Positions 23,318 through 31,423 of a stretch of DNA of 64,000 nt are shown here, piece after piece. Source of the DNA: Solirubrobacterales bacterium. Lineage in GTDB: Bacteria; Actinomycetota; Thermoleophilia; Solirubrobacterales; 70-9. Positions within the stretch are counted from its first letter, which is position 1. Each line of letters begins with the position of its first letter. Where the stretch lies: contig DASQCF010000009.1 of the NCBI GenBank assembly GCA_035634815.1, forward strand, positions 8,585 to 72,584, in the 5' to 3' direction. Under the pieces are notes generated by a model. It ran no database searches, had not been told where the DNA came from, and saw only the letters and a list, made by a program, of their open reading frames with translations. Position numbers and translations under genes: made by a program.

Positions 23318-24166
23318 ATGGCGGCTATAGACGTTCAGAGCGAGGGGCCCTCGGCTCGCACCGTGGGAGCGATCCTCGACGACGCGGCCGAGCGCATCGC
23401 CGCCGCCGGGGTCGACGACGCCCGCACCGAGGCCGAAATCCTGGTTGCCGACGCGCTCGGCGTCGCCCCCAGCGAGCTCAGCGTCGAGAGCGCCGGCCAG
23501 GTCGGCGCCGAGGCGGCGGAGAAGATCGAGCGCAACGTCCAGCGCCGGGTCGAGCGCGAGCCGATGGCCTACATCCTCGGCCGCGCCCCGTTCCGCGGCC
23601 TGGAGATCTACGTCGACGAGCGCGTCCTCTGGCCGCGCCGCGAGACCGAGCTCCTGGTCGAGGTCGGCACCCAGCTTCCCGAGGGCGCCCGCGTGCACGA
23701 GATCGGCACCGGCTCCGGCGCGATCGCGCTGGCGCTGCTCTCCGAGCGCCCCGACCTCAAGGTCACCGCCTCGGACCTCTCGCCCGAAGCGGTCGAAGCG
23801 GCGCGCGAGAACGCCGAGCGGCTCGGGCTCGACCTCGAGGTCACGGTCGGCAAGGGCCTGCCGGACTCGGTCGAAGCCGAAGACGTCGACCTGGTGATCG
23901 CCAACATGCCCTACGTCACCGACGAGACCATCTTCGAGCGCTCGCCGGAGATCCAGAAGGAGCCGCGGATGGCGGTCACCGGCGACTGCGGCGAGGACGG
24001 CCTCGGCGTGATCCGCGGCGTGATCGCGGAAACGCCGTCGGGCTGGAAGCTGGCGATGGAGCACGACACGCACCACGGGCCGGCGATGCGCGAGCTGCTG
24101 CGCGAGGCGACTACGCTTCAGGACTATGAAGGTGACGACCGGGTCACCGTCGGTCTCGCCCCCTGA
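23318..24166 (+). CDS. prmC: Release-factor glutamine N5-methyltransferase (PrmC/HemK family)
   Basis: ORF trimmed to the ATG at 23318, after AAGGGAAGGA. SAM motif (HEIGTGSGAI). The catalytic tetrad reads NMPY instead of the usual NPPY. Confidence 0.85.
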   Translation: MAAIDVQSEGPSARTVGAILDDAAERIAAAGVDDARTEAEILVADALGVAPSELSVESAGQVGAEAAEKIERNVQRRVEREPMAYILGRAPFRGLEIYVDERVLWPRRETELLVEVGTQLPEGARVHEIGTGSGAIALALLSERPDLKVTASDLSPEAVEAARENAERLGLDLEVTVGKGLPDSVEAEDVDLVIANMPYVTDETIFERSPEIQKEPRMAVTGDCGEDGLGVIRGVIAETPSGWKLAMEHDTHHGPAMRELLREATTLQDYEGDDRVTVGLAP

Positions 24167-24178
24167 GGTAGGACGACG

Positions 24179-25702
24179 ATGAGCGAGGCGCCGACGGGGG
24201 CGGAGACGCCGCCGCAGAGCGGCGACCGCTCGGTCGCCGTCTCCACCGAGGAGCAGCGCCGGGCGAAGCTGGAGCGGCTGCGCGCGGAAGGGATCGATCC
24301 CTACCCGCACGCGTTCCCCGGCCGCACCCACGTCGAGGAGATCGAGGCGGCCCACGACCCGGCGGCGCTGGGCGAGGGCGAGCACGAGGACTTCACCTAC
24401 CGGGTGATGGGCCGGGTGACCGGCAAGCGGGGGCACGGCAAGACCGCCTTCCTCGACGTCCGCGACATCACCGGCACGATCCAGGCCTACGCTCGGCGCG
24501 ACGCGCTGGGGGAGGAGGCGTTCGCGCGGGTCGAGGACCTCGACATCGGCGACCTGGTCGGGATCGAGGGGCCGCTGCACGTGACCAAGCGCGGGCAGCT
24601 GGCGATCGGGGTGCGCGAGTGCACCCTGCTGGCGAAGGCGCTGAAAGACCCGCCGGACCTCTTCCACGGGATCTCCGACCCGGACACCCGTTACCGCCAG
24701 CGCGAACTCGACCTGATGGCGAACGAGGACTCGCGGGAGATCTTCAAGAAGCGCGACGACCTGCTGTTCGCGATCCGCACCCACATGCACGAGCGCGGCT
24801 GGGTCGAGCTGGAAACGCCGGTCCTGCAGCGGCTGACCGGCGGCGCCGCGGCGCGACCGTTCGTCACCCACCACAACGCGCTCGACCGCGAGCTGTTCCT
24901 GCGCACCGCGACCGAGCTGTACCTGAAGCGGGCGATCGTCGGCGGCTTCGAGGACGTCTACGAGTTCGGCAAGTTCTTCCGCAACGAGGGGATGTCGCCT
25001 CAGCACAACCCCGAGTTCACGATGCTGGAGATGTTCGTGGGCGCCGCCGACTACAACGGCGTCATGGAGTTCATCGAGGTGCTGGTCGCGAGCGTGGTCG
25101 AGAAGGTGATGGGGACGACGGTGGTGGAGCGCGACGGCGTCGAGATCGACTTCGCGGCGCCGTGGCCGCGGGTGCGGCTGCGCGACGAGCTGCTGCGCGA
25201 GATCGGGCTCGACATCTACGAGGCGAGCCGCGACGAGCTGGCCGAGGCGGCGGGCGACGCGGTCGGCCCCGACGACGACTGGGCCGGCGTCGTCGACACC
25301 CTGCAGGGCAAGTTCGTCGAGCCGAAGCTAATCCAGCCGACCTACATCATCGACCTGCCGATCGACATCTGGCCGCTGGTCAAGGTGCACCCGGAGAGCG
25401 ACCGCGTCTGCGAGGCCTTCGACGGCATCGTCGCCGGGATGGAGATCGTCGGCGGCGGCACCGACCTCAACGACCCGGTCGAGCAGCGCGAGCGCTTCAT
25501 CAAGCAGCGCGAACGGCAGGAGACCGGGGCGGAGGCCGACCCGCACCCCCACGACGAAGAGTTCGTGCGGGCGCTCGAATACGGAATGCCGCCGGCGAGC
25601 GGCTGCGGCCTGGGGATCGACCGGCTGCTGATGCTGATGACCGGCGCGAAGACCTTGCGGGACGTGATCATCTATCCCGCGATGCGCGAGCTGGGGGAGT
25701 AG
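24179..25702 (+). CDS. lysS: Lysine--tRNA ligase (class II)
   Basis: OB-fold N-domain and class II motifs (FRNEGMSPQHNPEFTMLE, GCGLGIDRLLM). Confidence 0.95.
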   Translation: MSEAPTGAETPPQSGDRSVAVSTEEQRRAKLERLRAEGIDPYPHAFPGRTHVEEIEAAHDPAALGEGEHEDFTYRVMGRVTGKRGHGKTAFLDVRDITGTIQAYARRDALGEEAFARVEDLDIGDLVGIEGPLHVTKRGQLAIGVRECTLLAKALKDPPDLFHGISDPDTRYRQRELDLMANEDSREIFKKRDDLLFAIRTHMHERGWVELETPVLQRLTGGAAARPFVTHHNALDRELFLRTATELYLKRAIVGGFEDVYEFGKFFRNEGMSPQHNPEFTMLEMFVGAADYNGVMEFIEVLVASVVEKVMGTTVVERDGVEIDFAAPWPRVRLRDELLREIGLDIYEASRDELAEAAGDAVGPDDDWAGVVDTLQGKFVEPKLIQPTYIIDLPIDIWPLVKVHPESDRVCEAFDGIVAGMEIVGGGTDLNDPVEQRERFIKQRERQETGAEADPHPHDEEFVRALEYGMPPASGCGLGIDRLLMLMTGAKTLRDVIIYPAMRELGE

Positions 25703-25712
25703 GGTCAGCGGT

Positions 25713-25976
25713 ATGGCCGTAAAGCTCCACCGCTGCTCGCTGATGTTCGTGAAGATCGGCGCCCACCCCTGCTGGAATGTGCAGAAGGCGCTCGACGAGC
25801 AGGGGGTCGATTACGAGGTCGTCAAGGGGCCGCTGCGGCCGGGGAAGCGCGAGGAGCTGGAGCAGCTCTCCGGGCAGGGCAAATACCCGGTGATCGAGTT
25901 CGAGGACGGCAGCGTCTACCGCGAGGAATCCGCCGACATGGCGAAGCGGATCCGCGCGGGCAAGCTTTTCTCCTAG
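25713..25976 (+). CDS. Glutaredoxin/GST-N-like thioredoxin-fold protein
   Basis: 87 aa. HPCWNVQKALDEQGVDYEVV resembles a glutaredoxin-like fold with a single Cys. Confidence 0.6.
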   Translation: MAVKLHRCSLMFVKIGAHPCWNVQKALDEQGVDYEVVKGPLRPGKREELEQLSGQGKYPVIEFEDGSVYREESADMAKRIRAGKLFS

Positions 25977-26083
25977 TCGGTCGAGACTCGCAGCCGACTC
26001 TCGACCCACCCTGGTGTGTTCAAAGTCGGATGCGCCGTTAGTGGGCGATCACCAGGCGCACACGCGGGTTTCGCCAATCCCTC

Positions 26084-26836
26084 CTAGACGGCACGCAGCA
26101 GCCCGCCGTCGATCGGGATCTCGGTGCCGGTGATGTAGGCGGCGCGCTGGGAGCAGAGGAAGGCGACGAGGTCGCCGTATTCCTCGACGGTGCCGAGCCG
26201 GCCGGCGGGCACTTCGGAGCGGGCGGCCGCTTCCACGTTCTCCAGCGAGCCGCCGAGCTCGGCCATCCGGTCGGTGGCGAAGCGGCCGGTGGCGACGGTG
26301 TTGACGGTGATCCCGTCGCCGGCGACCTCGCGCGCGAGCGTCTTCAGGAAGCCGACGGTGGCGAGGCGGTGAGCGTTGGAGAGCCCGAGCGCGGGGTTGA
26401 TCTCGATAGTCGTCGTGGAGCCGACGTTGACGATCCGCCCCCAGCCCTCGCCGCGCATGCCGGGGACGACGGCGCCGGCGAGGACGCGGGGGGCGAGGAC
26501 CAGCGAGCGGTAGGCCTCCTCCCATTCCTCGAAGCCGTGGTCGAGCGCGCCGCCAGGGGGAGGGCCGCCGGTATTCGTGACGAGGATGTCGACGGACCCC
26601 AGCGCCTCGGCGACCTCGAGCGGCAACCGCGCCAGGCGCTCCAGGTCGGTGGCGTCGGCGACGAAGGCGCCCGCCCCCTCGCCGATTTCGGCCACCGCCA
26701 CGTCCAGGCGCTCCTGCGAGCGGCTCGCCAGCGCAACCCGCGCCCCTTCCCGCGCCAGAGCGGCGGCCACGCCCCGCCCGATCCCCTTGCTGGCGCCCAT
26801 CACCAGCGCGACTTTGCCTCCAAGGCCCAGGTCCAT
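26084..26836 (-). CDS. Short-chain dehydrogenase/reductase family protein (atypical active site)
   Basis: GASKGIGRG cofactor motif and an SDR-length fold. At the position of the canonical YxxxK the sequence reads SNAHR (by alignment to the FabG-type ...YAAAKAGVIGFTKSLA pattern). Confidence 0.85.
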   Translation of the reverse strand: MDLGLGGKVALVMGASKGIGRGVAAALAREGARVALASRSQERLDVAVAEIGEGAGAFVADATDLERLARLPLEVAEALGSVDILVTNTGGPPPGGALDHGFEEWEEAYRSLVLAPRVLAGAVVPGMRGEGWGRIVNVGSTTTIEINPALGLSNAHRLATVGFLKTLAREVAGDGITVNTVATGRFATDRMAELGGSLENVEAAARSEVPAGRLGTVEEYGDLVAFLCSQRAAYITGTEIPIDGGLLRAV

Positions 26837-26898
26837 CCCCCAACCCTAGCCCCGCCAGAGATGCTCAGAACCCCTTGCGCGGGTATCGTTCCTTGCGA

Positions 26899-26994
26899 GC
26901 GCCCGTAGCTCAGTGGTCAACGGGTCCTTTCGGGGGCCCAAAGAGCGTCGGTCTTTCAAGCCGAAGGTCGCGGGTTCGACTCCCGTCGGGCGCA
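26899..26994 (+). tRNA. tRNA-Glu(UUC)-like gene with a ~20-nt hairpin insertion in the D loop (96 nt; possibly non-canonical or a pseudogene)
   Basis: Hand-folded. Acceptor GCGCCCG/CGGGCGC + A. D stem GCTC/GAGC enclosing a 31-nt loop. Anticodon arm TCGGT-CTTTCAA-GCCGA. Variable region AGGTC. T arm GCGGG-TTCGACT-CCCGT. No encoded CCA. Confidence 0.6.
26948..26989 (+). repeat. attL-like direct repeat (tRNA anticodon loop to acceptor 3' strand)
   Basis: 38/42 identical to 37457..37498 in the same orientation. Exact blocks of 18 nt and 17 nt. Confidence 0.75.
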
Positions 26995-27218
26995 TTCCTT
27001 GGTGTTCCGGGCCGTGCCGCGCATTGCGCGGTGCAGAGCCAAGTCTTCGGTCTAGTGCTGAACCGGTGTTCCGTTGGCCTCCGCGCGCTTCCGCGCGGTT
27101 CCAGGGCATCTCCGTCTCATTTCCGTCTCAGTAACGGGACCAGCACGTTCTGGCCCATCCGACCCCAGTGGTACCAATTGGGGTTGCAGAGATACCGAAA
27201 CGAAGGATCGGGGAGCCG

Positions 27219-28685
27219 ATGACGCAGGCGAAGGGCGTAATCCCGCGTGGCGAAGACAAAGAGTTGCTGTACAAGAATCCGCAGACGTGCGGCTATTTCG
27301 TTTTTGCGAAGCTCAAACCCGAACTTGATCGGGCCGGGCTGGAGAGCCTTTTTGGCTCCCTTGACCAATTGATCGCGGCTTTGGTTGAGCGTGAACCCCC
27401 CGGCGAGGGAATGGAAAGAGGGCGCAAGGTGGCTGCAGTCGCTGTTGGCCTCGCCCCTTCCCTGTTCGAGCCAGAACGGTTCACGCCTCCGCTTGCCAAG
27501 CCGGCAGGATTTCGGACCAGCGCCCCCTCTGGGGCTGAACTTCCTGAAGTTGCAACGCCCCCGCCTTACGAGGTCGCCCCGCTCTCGGAAGCTCCGAAGG
27601 TCGAGGCTGACATCCTCTTCTACGTTGCCGCGACGATGGAGGCGCGGGTTAACCACTTCCTGTCTGAACTTGCAGCGCTACCCGCAATCCAAGGGCTCGA
27701 CCTCGAGCGCGGCTATCAACGGCTCGATGGGACCGAGCCCTTCGGTTACAAAGATGGCCTACGCAACATCAAGAGCTCGGAACGCTCCACCAGAGTCTTC
27801 GTCCATCGCGACGATCGTCATCTTGAGGAGCCTCAATGGGCCGACGACGGCACCTACTTGGCCTTCATAAGAATCGTCCAGAATCCCGAAACTTTCGCCG
27901 CCCTCCCCGACGATGCTGCTCGCGACGCTGTGATTGGTCGCCTCAAAAACGAGAACGGTGATCGGCTGGATTTAGCTGGCAAAGGCATTGACCCTCATGA
28001 CGAGCCGCCGGATCCTCCGCAGCCTCCCAGCGGTCACGTTGCCAATGTCGGTCCACGCGGAAGTCACGACGACAATGAGATCTACCGCCGGGGACTGCCC
28101 TTCGTGGAAACCGTGGAAGGGCGGCTACGGGTGGGACTTCAGTTCGTCAGCTTCCAAGCCTCTCTGGATCAGTTCGACGTCATCTTCAATGACTGGGCCA
28201 TGAACTTGAACTTCCCCTTGCCTGAAATCGGTCGGGATGCGCTTCTTGACCCGAGCAAAGGCATCGTGACTTTCGAGAAGGTCGGGTTCTTCTTCGTCCC
28301 GCCCTACGATGCTGGAGGCCTCGCTGCTGCCGTGCTGCGTCCAGAGCCTGGAGGCGGAAAACCCAAAACCGGCAAGGTCGTCGTTCGCAAGAGGATTGTC
28401 GACCCCAACGATCCATCACGGCGCTTCGAGCGAGGCGGCTTCACCTTCCAGATCAACGACTCGAACGGCCAGCCAGTCGGTGGTCGATTCACCACCGACT
28501 CCACTGGCCGTGCGCTTGCTCCCGAGGAGTTGACCATCGGAGAGAACTACACGCTCCAGGAGGTCTCTACGCCGTTCGGGGAAAAATTGCAGCTTGTAAA
28601 TGTCTCGTTCGCCATGGACCAGCCTCACAAGGAGCTCGCGATCGAGAACCGCTTCTCCCAACCGAATAACCAGTACGGCGCCTGA
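27219..28685 (+). CDS. Dyp-type peroxidase fused to a C-terminal ~100-aa beta-rich (Cna-B/prealbumin-like) domain
   Basis: ORF trimmed to the ATG at 27219. Dyp motifs GTEPFGYKDGLRN and SGHVANVGPRG...IYRRGLPF. C-terminal GKVVVRKRIVDPND...FTFQINDSNGQPVGGRFTTDSTGRA...YTLQEVSTPFG. Confidence 0.85.
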   Translation: MTQAKGVIPRGEDKELLYKNPQTCGYFVFAKLKPELDRAGLESLFGSLDQLIAALVEREPPGEGMERGRKVAAVAVGLAPSLFEPERFTPPLAKPAGFRTSAPSGAELPEVATPPPYEVAPLSEAPKVEADILFYVAATMEARVNHFLSELAALPAIQGLDLERGYQRLDGTEPFGYKDGLRNIKSSERSTRVFVHRDDRHLEEPQWADDGTYLAFIRIVQNPETFAALPDDAARDAVIGRLKNENGDRLDLAGKGIDPHDEPPDPPQPPSGHVANVGPRGSHDDNEIYRRGLPFVETVEGRLRVGLQFVSFQASLDQFDVIFNDWAMNLNFPLPEIGRDALLDPSKGIVTFEKVGFFFVPPYDAGGLAAAVLRPEPGGGKPKTGKVVVRKRIVDPNDPSRRFERGGFTFQINDSNGQPVGGRFTTDSTGRALAPEELTIGENYTLQEVSTPFGEKLQLVNVSFAMDQPHKELAIENRFSQPNNQYGA

Positions 28686-28730
28686 GGCGTTGGCTAAGCG
28701 GTAGCTGACCCTGTCTCTCGCGCCCGAGCG

Positions 28731-28967
28731 TTAGCGCTTGAGCTTGTCGGCGAGCTTCCCGACCTCGCCCATTGACGACCCGAGCGCTTCCGCGATCCGG
28801 CTGACGGTTCCCCACGCTGGATTCGACTGACCGCGCTCGATCAGCGAGAGGGTGCCGGTGGTGATGCCCGCCTCATGCGAAAGGGCTTCCTGCGTCAGTC
28901 CGCGCTTCTCCCGGAGCTGTCGGATCGCTTTACCGAGCGCGGGCTGAGGTTCATCGGCTCGTCCCAT
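28731..28967 (-). CDS. XRE-family helix-turn-helix regulator
   Basis: LREKRGLTQEALSHEAGITTGTLSLIERGQSNP. Divergent from the wHTH/RHH/xis/int genes. Confidence 0.85.
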   Translation of the reverse strand: MGRADEPQPALGKAIRQLREKRGLTQEALSHEAGITTGTLSLIERGQSNPAWGTVSRIAEALGSSMGEVGKLADKLKR

Positions 28968-29119
28968 GATCGATTACAGGTTTTCAATGACCTGCGTTTA
29001 GCGCCACCTGATTTAAAACTAGTGGTTAAACGACAAAACGGTGCTAGGCTTGACGCTTAGACAAAGCGCCCCCGCGCTGCGCGAACAGCCGGGGGCATGG
29101 CACAGGAGGGTGAACTCCC

Positions 29120-29410
29120 ATGCACGACAAGCCTAGTGGCGCTCATGATGAGCGCGCCACGACCACCGCCGACCAGGACGATCGCGACCAGGCGGCAGTT
29201 CTGCAAGAAGTCTTGTTCATCTACCCCGAGGTTCTGACGCTCGACGAGCTGGCGCGTCAGATGGTCTTCGCTTCTGATGTGTTCAACCAGGCCGACCGAA
29301 TCGAGCGAGCCGTGCGTGACCTCACGAGAGCCGGTCTCTTGCATCAGGTCGGCCCGCTCGTCCTCCCGACGAGGACCGCCGTGGTCTTCGCTCGGCTGGT
29401 GGAACTCTGA
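29120..29410 (+). CDS. Hypothetical small protein, possible winged-helix DNA binder
   Basis: 96 aa. LTLDELARQM...RAVRDLTRAGLLHQVG pattern. GGAGGG ribosome-binding site upstream. Confidence 0.55.
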   Translation: MHDKPSGAHDERATTTADQDDRDQAAVLQEVLFIYPEVLTLDELARQMVFASDVFNQADRIERAVRDLTRAGLLHQVGPLVLPTRTAVVFARLVEL

Positions 29411-29435
29411 TGGGCCGTCGATGGAGGCGGAAGGC

Positions 29436-29663
29436 ATGAGCGACGTGGTGGTCTCGACCGTCCGGCTCTCAAGGGAAATGGCGGCCGCGCTCAGCGCGGT
29501 CGCCCGCGCCGACGAGATGCCGGTATCCGAGGCCCTCAGAGAAGCGATTGACAGGCACATCGCAATCCGAAGAGCTGATCACGCATTCCAAGAACGCCTG
29601 AAGAAGTGCCTCGCAGAAGACCGAGAGGTCCTTGAACTCATAAGTGGAGGAGGCACCAAGTGA
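29436..29663 (+). CDS. Ribbon-helix-helix-like small protein
   Basis: STVRLSREMAAALSAVARADEMPVSEALREAI. ATG at 29436 follows GGAGGCGGAAGG. An alternative in-frame ATG lies at 29421. Confidence 0.6.
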   Translation: MSDVVVSTVRLSREMAAALSAVARADEMPVSEALREAIDRHIAIRRADHAFQERLKKCLAEDREVLELISGGGTK

Positions 29664-29941
29664 CCCCTCACGCACTATCGCCGGAGAGCCTCCGAACCTC
29701 CAACCTCGACCCCCGACACACTACGAACCCTCCGGATTCGTGCCTGAGCGGCCCGTTTCCGAGCCGCGGGCAAAACCTCCGCCGGGAGGAGCCGACCGCC
29801 CCTCCGGGCGGCCGATTTTGGCACGGCTTCGCCGTGCGGAGGCCGCCTGTAGGGAGGGGCGGTAGGGGTCTGACCTTCGGTCTCCTGAAGGCGCCGAAAT
29901 CTTGGCCGATGCAGATGACCCCCACCTTGGACAGTGGTGGC

Positions 29942-30136
29942 ATGGAGAGGAAATCCAGCAAGCCGAGTTTCTTCACCGAGCGCACCCTCGCCGACTTCCT
30001 CGCGGTCAGCGACCGGACCATCCGCAACTGGATCAGGCGCGGCGACCTGCCCAGCTACAAGCTCGGAGCGGCGAGGCGGATAGATCCCGCCGACGTCGAG
30101 GCCTTCCTTGCTCGGCACAGGGACGAGACGGCATGA
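29942..30136 (+). CDS. xis: Excisionase-family (MerR/HTH_17-like) DNA-binding protein
   Basis: FFTERTLADFLAVSDRTIRNWIRRGDLPSYKLG. Its stop overlaps the integrase ATG (ATGA). Start uncertain; alternatives at 29909 and 29915. Confidence 0.75.
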   Translation: MERKSSKPSFFTERTLADFLAVSDRTIRNWIRRGDLPSYKLGAARRIDPADVEAFLARHRDETA

Positions 30137-31224
30137 GGCGCGAGGCGCCGCTCAAACGGCGCAACCCCTCGGGCAAGATTGTGTGGGTCGCCCGTTATAC
30201 GGGCCGCGATGGCAAGTACCGCATCGCCAAGCCCACCTGGAACCGCGGCAAGGGCACCTTCACCAGGAAGGCCGATGCTCAGAGAGCTATCGACGAGGCC
30301 TACGGTCTCTCCGACCGACCCGACACCCTCGGCGACTATGCCGCCACCTGGACCGAGCGCCACCCACGCTCCGAACGGACCAATGCAACGAACGACCACC
30401 GCATCAGCCGTGTCGCCGACGTAGAGATCGAGGGCATCCCGCTGAAGGACTGGCCGCTGCGCGAGCTACGCCGCCGTCACACGCTGGCCCTGGTCGATCA
30501 CATGCTGAGGACCGAAGGTCGAACCACCACCGGAGCCGTCGGCATCCTCCGGGCTCTTTCAGCAATGGCCGAGGATGCGATCACCGACGAAGTCTGCGAC
30601 CTCAACCCCTTCAAGGGCATCCGCATCCGAGCCAACGACCCGCGAGCGAAGAAGAAGCCAAGACCGATCCGCGTCTTCACCTTCGAGGAGATGCACCGCT
30701 TCGCGAAAGCTGCCGGTCGCTACGAGGCAATGGTTCGCGTCTTCACCGACTGCGGCTTGAGGCTGGGGGAGGTGCTGCCCCTCCGCCCCGAAGATTTCGA
30801 CGGCGAAACGCTCCAGGTCCGCCGCACCGCCCACGAGGGACAGATTCTCGAGGGCACCAAGACCGACCACGGCGAGCCCGACGCCGGCCGCGTCGTTCCC
30901 GTCCCCGCAACCCTCGCCTGGATGCTAGAAGCCCAGATCAACCTCAACGGCCCCGACTGCCACCTCCTCTTCCCGACCCCGCGCGGTCGCCTCTGGCGCG
31001 AGCGCACCTTCTACCGCGACCTCTGGAAGCCCGCTCAAGAAGCTTCCGGCCTAGACATCCGCCCCCACGAGTGCCGCCACAGCTACGTCACGCACCTAAG
31101 AGCTGCTGGGGTGAACGACGCCGACTTGGCGGAAATCGCGGGCCATAGGGTCGAGACGATGCTGGCGCGGTATACGCACGCGTTGGGAAATAGCTTCGGT
31201 CAGGTTAGGGAGGTGATCGACTAG
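30133..31224 (+). CDS. int: Tyrosine-type site-specific integrase
   Basis: In-frame ATG at 30133. N-terminal SAM-like/arm-binding region. Catalytic LRLGEV (Arg), HECRHSYVTHL and GHRVETMLARYTH (R..HxxR..Y). Confidence 0.92.
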   Translation: MRREAPLKRRNPSGKIVWVARYTGRDGKYRIAKPTWNRGKGTFTRKADAQRAIDEAYGLSDRPDTLGDYAATWTERHPRSERTNATNDHRISRVADVEIEGIPLKDWPLRELRRRHTLALVDHMLRTEGRTTTGAVGILRALSAMAEDAITDEVCDLNPFKGIRIRANDPRAKKKPRPIRVFTFEEMHRFAKAAGRYEAMVRVFTDCGLRLGEVLPLRPEDFDGETLQVRRTAHEGQILEGTKTDHGEPDAGRVVPVPATLAWMLEAQINLNGPDCHLLFPTPRGRLWRERTFYRDLWKPAQEASGLDIRPHECRHSYVTHLRAAGVNDADLAEIAGHRVETMLARYTHALGNSFGQVREVID

Positions 31225-31423
31225 GTCGCGGGTCCCATTGGGGCCAGGCCGCACCCCTCTGGTGTCTCAGCAACGAGATCAGCTTGACGCTTGCCTGTAA
31301 TCGGCAATCCGATTTCCACCACTTTAAGGTATTCGTGGGGTAGGCTTCACCTATCTCTCGCGTATCGCTAACCAAATGGGGCTCCCCTATAAGGAGCAAC
31401 CGTCCTTGATCCCCTGAAAAGAG

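Noticed and set aside
23318-24166. PrmC (NMPY methyltransferase) as the missing cognate DNA methylase for the EcoRI-like nuclease.
   Set aside because: The N-terminal HemK domain and the housekeeping context next to lysS fit a protein (release-factor) methyltransferase. It lies 16 kb away in core DNA.
26953-26959. Reading the odd tRNA as tRNA-Sec or an opal suppressor (TCA within CTTTCAA).
   Set aside because: With the only stable 5-bp anticodon stem, the 7-nt loop places TTC at positions 34-36. The acceptor stem is 7 bp, and there is no long variable arm or 6-bp D stem as in tRNA-Sec.
27219-28685. Dyp peroxidase as encapsulin cargo.
   Set aside because: No encapsulin shell gene is adjacent. 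The C-terminus is a ~100-aa folded-looking domain rather than a short targeting peptide.
29668-30118. Minus-strand ORFs (119 aa and 147 aa) opposite the xis region, and the plus-strand N-terminal extensions 29660-29941 and 29902-30132.
   Set aside because: They are Arg/Pro-rich with no motifs. The excisionase HTH and integrase begin at internal ATGs, and the xis stop overlaps the int start in a classic ATGA arrangement.
31225-31423. A possible second tRNA fragment or full att site downstream of int.
   Set aside because: Beyond the 11-nt exact match reported as a finding, the following sequence (CCCATTGGGGCCAGG...) does not align with the tRNA 3' end. No full repeat can be claimed.
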